This document shows, one piece after another, positions 57,315-64,000 of a stretch of 64,000 nt of DNA. The translations under genes were made by a program, and so were the position numbers. The stretch's first letter is position 1. Every line of letters starts with the position of its first letter. Under the pieces are notes generated by a model. The model was not told the DNA's origin. It made no database searches and was given only the letters and a program-made list of their open reading frames with translations. Source of the DNA: Dehalococcoidia bacterium (GTDB lineage Bacteria > Chloroflexota > Dehalococcoidia > SHYB01); assembly GCA_965219875.1 (NCBI GenBank), contig CBDCOW010000003.1, positions 1,276,479-1,340,478 on the forward strand. Direction: 5' to 3'.

Positions 57315-58558
57315 TGGACCGTCTTGGCGAGGGTGTCGGCCATCCGCTCACCGGCGTGCGCGTCGTCGAGATTGGCGACGAGCGCGGCGCGTTTTGCGGC
57401 AAGCTGCTCGCGGGGCTTGGCGCGGACGTCGTCACCGTCGAGCCGCCCGACGGTTCGCGGGGCCGGCGCATCGGGCCGTTCTACCGGGACGAGCCCTCGC
57501 GCGAAACGAGCCTGTTCTGGTGGCACTACAACCAAGGCAAACGCGGCGTCACGCTGGACATTGAGTCGCCCGACGGCTTGGAGGCGCTGCGCCGCCTGCT
57601 CGAAGGCTGCGACATTCTCGTCGAGAGTCTGGGCCCGGGCGGGCTCGACCGTATCGGGCTGCGGTGGGACCGGATCCACGACGAGACGCCCGGACTCATC
57701 GTTCTGTCCCTCAGCGACTTCGGGCTCGATGGGCCGTGGGCCGGCTACGAGGGGAGCGACCTCGTCATGCTGGCGCTGGGCGGGCAGATGATGATCTCCG
57801 GCTACCCGTCGGTGGCGGACGGGGTGTGGGACACGCCGCCCATCGCGCCGCAGCCGCACCAGTCCTCGCACATCGCGGGCTGCTTGGGCGCGATGGACGT
57901 ACTCGCCGCCCTTGCCTACCGGGAGGAGACGGGCCGCGGCCAGCGGATCGATCTCTCCTACCACGCCGCGGCCAACAACTGCACCGAGAACAACCTCTCG
58001 TGGTACATGGTTGCGGGGGCAATCAACGAGCGCGGCCCACTCTCGCCGGAGATGTTCAGCGGCGACGGCAAGTACATGCAGGTGATGCTGGGCCTCTTTC
58101 CCGGAGAGTGGGAGCGAGTCGTCGCGATGCTCGACGAGTTCGGGATGGCGGAAGACCTCAAGGACCCACGCTACGCCGACCCCACCTTCCGCAAGCAGCC
58201 GGAGGCTCGGCAGCACGTGGACGAGGTGGTGCAGGCCTTCCTGGCGACGCATACGGTCGAGGAAGCCTTCCACGCGGCGCAGCGGCACGGGGTGATCTGG
58301 GCCCCAATCCGGGAGGCCCACGAGAGCCTGGACGACCCACACTTCACCCTACGCGGGAGCTTCACGAAGGTCGAGCACCCCGAACTGGGCCGCTCATTCG
58401 ACTACCCGGGGTCGCCGTGGGTCTCCGAGGGGTTACCGTGGCGGAACGGCCCGCGGGCCCCGTTCCTCGGCGAGCACAACGGCGAGGTCCTGGGCGACGA
58501 GCTCGGCCTGAGCGCGGGCGAGATCGAAGCGGCTGGCGAAGGGGCCGGGCCGGCCTAG
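57314..58558 (+). CDS. family III CoA-transferase (CaiB/BaiF family)
   Basis: The ATG overlaps the upstream TGA (CTGATGG). LTGVRVVEIGDERGAFCGKLLAGLGADVVTVEPPDG. Confidence 0.8.
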   Translation: MDRLGEGVGHPLTGVRVVEIGDERGAFCGKLLAGLGADVVTVEPPDGSRGRRIGPFYRDEPSRETSLFWWHYNQGKRGVTLDIESPDGLEALRRLLEGCDILVESLGPGGLDRIGLRWDRIHDETPGLIVLSLSDFGLDGPWAGYEGSDLVMLALGGQMMISGYPSVADGVWDTPPIAPQPHQSSHIAGCLGAMDVLAALAYREETGRGQRIDLSYHAAANNCTENNLSWYMVAGAINERGPLSPEMFSGDGKYMQVMLGLFPGEWERVVAMLDEFGMAEDLKDPRYADPTFRKQPEARQHVDEVVQAFLATHTVEEAFHAAQRHGVIWAPIREAHESLDDPHFTLRGSFTKVEHPELGRSFDYPGSPWVSEGLPWRNGPRAPFLGEHNGEVLGDELGLSAGEIEAAGEGAGPA

Positions 58559-59787
58559 GCGCTGTCGGCGAGCGCCTTCCGCGCGTCCGTGTTCTGGGTC
58601 GGGTCGGGGAGCTGGGCCGGCCCGCCCTCGCGTGACGGCAGGATGATGACGCCCTTGCCGGGCGTGGTGACTTCTTCGCGCTGGCTCTCGGCCCACGTTT
58701 CGACCTCGACGCAGTAGTGGGGGCCGTCCTTGAACTTGCGCGCGACCTTGCCGCCGAACCACTGGATGTCGCCGTGGTAGTTGAACTTGCGCATCTCGCA
58801 TTCCATCTTCCACAGCCAGGCGTCGTCGCCCATCCAATCGGTGAGGTACTGGATGGTGTACTCGGCCCGCATCATGCCGTAGTCGTAGGACATCGGCGTG
58901 CCGACTTTCTTGGCCCAGTCCTCCTCCCAGTGCATGCGCTGCACGACCTCGGGGAAACCGTAGCGGCCGGGGACGTAGAAGCGGGGCATCCGCTTCCGGT
59001 TGAGGTAGTTCATGCGGCCGGGGTTGATGCCGAACCCGCCCCAGCCGATCGCGATGTGAAAGCCGATGATGTCGACCATGGTGAGGGGGCCCTTCACCAT
59101 CGGCGTGAGCGGCTCCCCTTCCTCCACGTCTTCCCAGTAGCGGGGCTCGGCGCCGCGGCGGTACTGGTTCTCATAGACCTCATCGATCTTGGCCACGTCC
59201 TCTTCGGAGTACATCGCCGGCTCCGTGGCCTTGTACTTGCCCTTCTTGGCCGCCGTGCCGCGCTCGGCGTGGATCATGAGGAAGCGGTAGGCGCCGATGT
59301 CCTCGCCGCGGTCGTTCATGTACGAGGTCTGGTGCTTCACCATCACCGACTTGTTGGCGAAGGCGCTCTCCTTCTCGATCACGTCCGAGATGAACGACTT
59401 CTTGTGTAGCCGGTCGCCGGGGAAGATGGGGCGGTACCACTCGAACTCGAAGCCGGACTGGTACATGCCGATGCCCCGCAGGGCGCCGCGGCTCTTTTCT
59501 TTGATTTCCGGAGGCAGCACGCCGGACTCGTCGAAGCCCATGGTGATGATGAACATCGGCGGGGCGATGACGCTGCGCCAGCGGCTCTCCGCGCCGTACT
59601 CGGAGTCGATGTAGAGCGGGTTGTCGTCGCCGCAGTTGTGGAGGTAGCGGCGGAAGTCGTTGGGGTCCGCCACGGGGTGCCAGGGATGCTCGGTATTGGG
59701 CTCGGGCTGGTTGATGAGCATCCGCATCTTCGCCACGTCTTCGGGCGTGATCTTGGCGGCGGTGTGCTTATCGGTTTTGGTGGTCAT
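58555..59787 (-). CDS. MaoC-like double-hotdog hydratase, paralog of 2833-4023
   Basis: 410 aa. It shares …DDNPLYIDSEYGAESRWRSVIAPPMF… and …AEPRYWEDVE…GD.LPG…KGP.T..DI… with the 2833-4023 protein. Confidence 0.75.
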   Translation of the reverse strand: MTTKTDKHTAAKITPEDVAKMRMLINQPEPNTEHPWHPVADPNDFRRYLHNCGDDNPLYIDSEYGAESRWRSVIAPPMFIITMGFDESGVLPPEIKEKSRGALRGIGMYQSGFEFEWYRPIFPGDRLHKKSFISDVIEKESAFANKSVMVKHQTSYMNDRGEDIGAYRFLMIHAERGTAAKKGKYKATEPAMYSEEDVAKIDEVYENQYRRGAEPRYWEDVEEGEPLTPMVKGPLTMVDIIGFHIAIGWGGFGINPGRMNYLNRKRMPRFYVPGRYGFPEVVQRMHWEEDWAKKVGTPMSYDYGMMRAEYTIQYLTDWMGDDAWLWKMECEMRKFNYHGDIQWFGGKVARKFKDGPHYCVEVETWAESQREEVTTPGKGVIILPSREGGPAQLPDPTQNTDARKALADSA

Positions 59788-59968
59788 TCGCTTCTCCTCG
59801 CTTTGGGAGGTCGTGTGGAAAAGAGGGGCGCACGGGGGCTGCGGTTCACGGGTCCGGCATGGGGGAGACCGAGGCCGCCGCTTCAGTCAGCGCGCCAAAA
59901 CGAGCGGGCGGAGTATACCTAAGGCACCTAGGCGCGTCAACGCGCACCGCGGCGGCCTTCGTCTTGCC

Positions 59969-60682
59969 CTATTCGGTCGCCGCCGGCTCCTCTTCGTCCT
60001 TGTCCGCCGCATCCATCCGGTGGAGGAACTTATAGAGCAGCGCGCCGAAAGCGGCGCCCAAGATCGGCCCCGCCCAGTAGACCCAGTGGTGCAGGAAGAC
60101 ACCCGAGGCGGCCGCGGGGCCGAAGGAACGCGCGGGGTTCATCGACGCGCCGCTGATGGGGCCGGCGTAGATCGCTTCGAGGGCTACCGTTGCCCCGATG
60201 GCGATGGCGGCGTTGCTCCTGACGATGCGCGTGTCCGTGGCCACGGCCATGATCACGAACATGAGGATGAAGGTGAGGAAGAACTCCAGGCCGAACGCCT
60301 GCCCCGCCGAGTTCCGGGGCAGCGTGGCCCCCACGTTGGCGGCGTCGCTGAACATCCACAGGACGATCCCGCTCGCCAGCGCGGCGCCGCTAAGCTGGGC
60401 CCCCCAGTAGGGAATGATGTCCCGCACCGGAAAGTGCCGAGTAAGGGCGAAGGCGAGGGTCACCGCCGGATTGATGTGCGCGCCCGAGATGTGCCCCGTG
60501 GCGACGATCACGACCATGACGACCAGCCCGAAGACGATGCCGATGCCGAGCGTGCCGATGGGGTCGCCCGTCTCGGCGTTGATGACGATGGCCCCCGCGC
60601 CCACGAAGACGAGGATGAACGTGCCTACGAACTCGGTGAGGTAACGGGTGAGGTCTCTTCTCGGCTCGAATCGTTCGGTCAC
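59969..60682 (-). CDS. aquaporin/glycerol facilitator (MIP family)
   Basis: Two NPA boxes (HINPAVT, MNPARS) and 6 TM helices. Confidence 0.85.
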   Translation of the reverse strand: MTERFEPRRDLTRYLTEFVGTFILVFVGAGAIVINAETGDPIGTLGIGIVFGLVVMVVIVATGHISGAHINPAVTLAFALTRHFPVRDIIPYWGAQLSGAALASGIVLWMFSDAANVGATLPRNSAGQAFGLEFFLTFILMFVIMAVATDTRIVRSNAAIAIGATVALEAIYAGPISGASMNPARSFGPAAASGVFLHHWVYWAGPILGAAFGALLYKFLHRMDAADKDEEEPAATE

Positions 60683-60773
60683 GTGTCACGCTCTCATGCA
60701 GGATGGCGGCCTACCGGGGCCGGACGGACTAGGCCAAGGACAGCCTGGGGGTGGGTGTGCGGGGTCGGATGGT

Positions 60774-61874
60774 CTAGAGCGCGAGCCCGTACTCGCGGAT
60801 GGCGTTGCCTTTCAGGAGGGCGTGCTTGTCGTCTTCGGGCACGTCGTGGAACATGCGGCCGATCGCTTCTTGGGATCCGGGCCAGAGGGTGTCGCTGTGG
60901 GGGTAATCGGAGCTCCACATGGCGTTTTCCACGCCGATGGCGCGGCGCAGCTCTACGCCCACGCGGTCTTGGATAAAGGTACCGAAGCAGTTGCGCCGCC
61001 AGAGCTCGGAGGGCGGCATGGTGATGGGCGGGCGCGTCCAGAACCGGTGCTGCGCGAACACCTGGTCGGCCCGCTCCAGCATGTAGGGGACCCAGCCCAC
61101 GTTGCCCTCGACGTGCCCCACGCGGACGCGGGGTACGCGCTCGTAGAGGCCAGAGAAGAGCAACTCGGCCGCGAGCTCGAATTGGGTCAACGCGCCCATG
61201 GTGAGCCAGGCGGCGCTCTTCTTGCGGCCCTCGTAGGGAAGCTCCTCGCCGCCGACGGTGACGCCCTCCCTGGCGTGGAAGTGCAGGGGGAAGCTCATCT
61301 CCTGGGCGGCCTCCCAGATCGGGTCCCAATAGGGCTCGCCGTAGGCGTGGATGTTCTGGGTGGTGGGCAAGACCGCGCCGACGAGGCCGATCTCCTTGAT
61401 GCGTTGGAGCTCGGCGACGGCGCCCTCGATCTCGAAGATGGGCAGGAAGCCGATGCCGAAGAGCCGCCCCGGCGCCTGGGCGCAGAAATCCGCAAGCCAT
61501 TCGTTGTAGGCGCGGTAGAGGGCGAAACGGAAGGGGATGTCGTCGGACTGGCCGGGCGGACCGCCGCCGTAGAGGACCTCCGCGATGACGCCGTCGATGT
61601 CCTGGTCTTTGACGCGCTCGACGGGGTCCCAGCCCCCAGGGCGGGCGTCCGCGTTCTTCATGCGCTCGCTGTACTCTTCGGGCTTGCGCCCCGCCATCGC
61701 GGCGAGGCCCTGGATGGGCGAGCGTCGGCCCTCGAAGATCATGTAGTCGGCGTCTTCGGCCTCGTCGAGCTTGGGTGCGCGGTTTTGGTAGTGTGCGGGC
61801 AGGTACCGCGCCCAATCGCCGATCGGGACGTTGACGTGCGAGTCCGCCGACAGCGCTCCGCCGTTCGTGGTCAT
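60774..61874 (-). CDS. amidohydrolase-2 family metal-dependent hydrolase/decarboxylase
   Basis: 366 aa, TIM-barrel amidohydrolase_2 type (…HFHAREG…WSSDYPHSD…). Confidence 0.7.
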   Translation of the reverse strand: MTTNGGALSADSHVNVPIGDWARYLPAHYQNRAPKLDEAEDADYMIFEGRRSPIQGLAAMAGRKPEEYSERMKNADARPGGWDPVERVKDQDIDGVIAEVLYGGGPPGQSDDIPFRFALYRAYNEWLADFCAQAPGRLFGIGFLPIFEIEGAVAELQRIKEIGLVGAVLPTTQNIHAYGEPYWDPIWEAAQEMSFPLHFHAREGVTVGGEELPYEGRKKSAAWLTMGALTQFELAAELLFSGLYERVPRVRVGHVEGNVGWVPYMLERADQVFAQHRFWTRPPITMPPSELWRRNCFGTFIQDRVGVELRRAIGVENAMWSSDYPHSDTLWPGSQEAIGRMFHDVPEDDKHALLKGNAIREYGLAL

Positions 61875-61883
61875 CTTCCCCTC

Positions 61884-63074
61884 CTAGCCCGTGGCGGTGT
61901 CGGCCCGGCCGAGCACGGTGACCGCGCCCGTAAACGATCCCGGGTAGCCGCCGAGGTTGTGGGTCAGCCCAATCTCGGCGTCCCGCACCTGGCGGGGCCC
62001 GGCCTTGGCCTGCAATTGCTTGTAGATCTCGTACATCATGCGCACGCCGCTGGCCCCGATGGGATGGCCGAAGCACTTCAGCCCGCCGTCCGTGTTGACG
62101 GGGAGATCTCCTTCGAGGGTGAAGGCCCCGGCTTGGACGTCGCGGGCGGCCTGGCCGCGCGGGGAGAATCCCAGGTCCTCGTAGAGGATCAGCTCCGTGA
62201 TGGTGAAACAGTCGTGGACCTCGGCGACGCTGATTTCCTTACGGGGGTCGCTGATGCCCGCCTGATCGTACGCTTCCCTCGCGGCGTGGACATTTTCAGG
62301 GAAATAGGTGAACTCGGCGTCGCGGCGCAGCGTGCCTTGGTCCGCGCCCACCGCGAGGCCGAGCCCTTTGACGAGCACGTAGTCGTTGCGGATCGTCCGC
62401 GCGATCTCGGGACGGGTGATGATCGCCACCGCGGCGCCGTCGCTGACGCCGCAACAGTCGAAGAGTCCCAGGGGCCAGGCGATCATCGGAGCGCGCAGGG
62501 CCTGTTCGAGCGAAATCTCGCGCTGGAAGTGGGCCTTGGGGTTCAGGCTGCCGTTGTGGTGATTCTTCACCGCGATCTTGGCGAGGACCTCTCTCCCCTC
62601 GTCAAACGATAGGCCGTAGCGGTCGAAGTAGGCGGTCGCGGCCAGGGCGAACTGCGCCGGCGGCGGCGCGGGCGACTCGACGTTGGTGTTGGGCAGGATC
62701 AGGGGCGAGGCCAGCCCGGTGAAGCCAGTGTCCTTGAGCTTCTCGACACCGGCGACCATGACCATTTCATAGGCGCCCGAGGCGACCGCGAAGCAGGCGT
62801 TTCGGAAGGCGTCCGTTCCCGTGGCGCAGAAGTTCTCTACGCGGGTTATGGGGATGTAGTCGAGCTTGAGGGCCTTGGCGAGGGGTTGGCCACTCCAGCC
62901 CGAGAGCATGGTGCCGAGCCACGCCGCGTCGATGTCCTTGGCCTCGACTCCGGCGTCCTCGAAAGCCTCCTGCGCCGCCTCGACGAGGAGGTCTTCGGGG
63001 CCTTCGCCCCAACGTTCACCGAACTTGGTGCAGCCCATCCCGACGATGGCGACCTTGTCCGCGATTCCGCCCAT
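61884..63074 (-). CDS. SCP-x-type thiolase-fold protein (thiolase/retro-aldolase)
   Basis: ATG at 63074 (MGGIADKVAIVGMGCTKFGERWG). 396 aa. The 49 upstream codons in the track ORF are not coding. Confidence 0.75.
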   Translation of the reverse strand: MGGIADKVAIVGMGCTKFGERWGEGPEDLLVEAAQEAFEDAGVEAKDIDAAWLGTMLSGWSGQPLAKALKLDYIPITRVENFCATGTDAFRNACFAVASGAYEMVMVAGVEKLKDTGFTGLASPLILPNTNVESPAPPPAQFALAATAYFDRYGLSFDEGREVLAKIAVKNHHNGSLNPKAHFQREISLEQALRAPMIAWPLGLFDCCGVSDGAAVAIITRPEIARTIRNDYVLVKGLGLAVGADQGTLRRDAEFTYFPENVHAAREAYDQAGISDPRKEISVAEVHDCFTITELILYEDLGFSPRGQAARDVQAGAFTLEGDLPVNTDGGLKCFGHPIGASGVRMMYEIYKQLQAKAGPRQVRDAEIGLTHNLGGYPGSFTGAVTVLGRADTATG

Positions 63075-63129
63075 TGCGCGCCTCTCTTTCCTACACCCTT
63101 GCCAGCCTACACCGTCTCGGCCCGCGCCC

Positions 63130-64000
63130 TTACCCGCCGGCGCCGGCCGCCGCCGCCTCATCCGAGGGGACGCGCACCGGCATCGACTTCCAGTAGTAGT
63201 TGTGAATCCCGTCGATGACATCGAGCTTTCGGAAGCTCATCTCGATGGGAAGGCCCACGCGCACGTCTTCGATCTTCCGGTCGGTCATCATGCAGAGCGC
63301 GCGTCCCCCGCCGTTGAAGTCGACAACGGTAAGCACGAGGGGCGTGTCCTGCGTCCCCGACACGTGGTCCATGGAGAACGTCTTGATCACGCCGCCCTTG
63401 TCGGCCAGCCGCACCATCTCCCGCTGATCGATCGCGCGGCAGAAGGCGCAGACTTTCTGGGGCGGGTACTGGACCTCGCCGCAGGCGGTGCACTTGCCGC
63501 CATGGAAGCGAATGTTGGCCTCCCGGTCGCGCCACGCCGCTTGCAACGAAATGGGCTGTGGGTCGGGGCGTCGGGGCGGCTCCTGGGCGACTTGTCCCCG
63601 CCAGCGGAGATAGTCTTCGTACGCGGGAACGGAGAGTTTGCCGGCGACGAGCTGCGCCACGCTCATCGCGGGCTTTGGCCCGTCCGCGTCCGTCACCAGC
63701 AGCGAGTAGGCGTCGGCGCCGTCCCCGTACCCCGCAAGCATGATGCGGTCGCGCGGCTTGGCCGTCTCCAGCGCCGCCGCGAGGAGCATCAAGGGGAAGG
63801 CGGTGCCGGTGTTGCCCACCGCGCCGTAGCCGGGCTGCTGGACCTGCGCCGCCTCCGCGCCGATGCGCCGTCCGATCTCGGCGTGGCGTCTGGGATCCGG
63901 GCTGTAGTAGGCGAGCTTGGCGAAGTCCTTGGGCCCCTTGCCGAGCTTGGCGGCGAGGCCGGAGATCGCCTCGACCATGGTGGGGACGTATCCCGCTTCC
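63130..64000 (-). CDS. HMG-CoA-synthase-like thiolase-fold protein fused to C-terminal DUF35 Zn-ribbon/OB domain (5' end beyond window)
   Basis: A C-terminal DUF35 (CTACGEV…CAFC…) is preceded by a thiolase-fold C-terminal region (GNTGTAFPLMLL). The ORF remains open to the window edge. Confidence 0.6.
   Translation of the reverse strand, partial: EAGYVPTMVEAISGLAAKLGKGPKDFAKLAYYSPDPRRHAEIGRRIGAEAAQVQQPGYGAVGNTGTAFPLMLLAAALETAKPRDRIMLAGYGDGADAYSLLVTDADGPKPAMSVAQLVAGKLSVPAYEDYLRWRGQVAQEPPRRPDPQPISLQAAWRDREANIRFHGGKCTACGEVQYPPQKVCAFCRAIDQREMVRLADKGGVIKTFSMDHVSGTQDTPLVLTVVDFNGGGRALCMMTDRKIEDVRVGLPIEMSFRKLDVIDGIHNYYWKSMPVRVPSDEAAAAGAGG

Overview
This 64 kb window is high-GC (about 68-70 %) bacterial chromosome. 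GGAGG-type ribosome-binding sites, frequent GTG/TTG starts and lipoproteins with Pro/Thr-rich linkers point to a monoderm high-GC lineage such as Chloroflexi/Thermomicrobia or Actinobacteria; this is inference only. Coding density is high and is dominated by acyl-CoA metabolism:
- six CaiB/BaiF-type (family III) CoA-transferases in three tandem pairs;
- two double-hotdog MaoC-like hydratases;
- four crotonase-fold enoyl-CoA hydratases and seven SDR dehydrogenases;
- two SCP-x-type thiolases with DUF35 Zn-ribbon partners and an HMG-CoA-synthase-like/DUF35 fusion;
- amidohydrolases and an LLM-type flavin oxidoreductase.
Interspersed housekeeping genes include accD/accA fusion, ftsK, rnj, a family-4 udg, tmk, moaD/moaE, tRNA-Phe and crcB.
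The most striking feature is a tandem pair of diverged paralogous lipoprotein genes (13141-14838 and 14915-16672, minus strand). Each is a single reading frame interrupted by an in-frame TGA that falls exactly on the first Cys of the conserved CxxC-like motif of the DUF3179 domain, reading (...GGEPFALAY-TGA-TLCGAG...). This indicates selenocysteine (UxxC) selenoproteins that standard gene callers would split in two.
Other notable items:
- a translationally coupled DUF5131 (phage Gp37/Gp68, three-Cys motif) gene plus a putative TcmP-like methyltransferase-fold partner;
- a low-GC DUF433/DUF5615 toxin-antitoxin-like islet;
- a DUF3800 gene in a low-GC patch;
- a MITE-like element family with terminal inverted repeats GAGACCTTTGCGTAACC;
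- arrays of ~140-bp tandem repeats bracketing comB-crcB;
- several REP-like palindromic repeat families.
Many long ORFs in the supplied six-frame track are antisense or out-of-frame artefacts of the high GC content and were not called.
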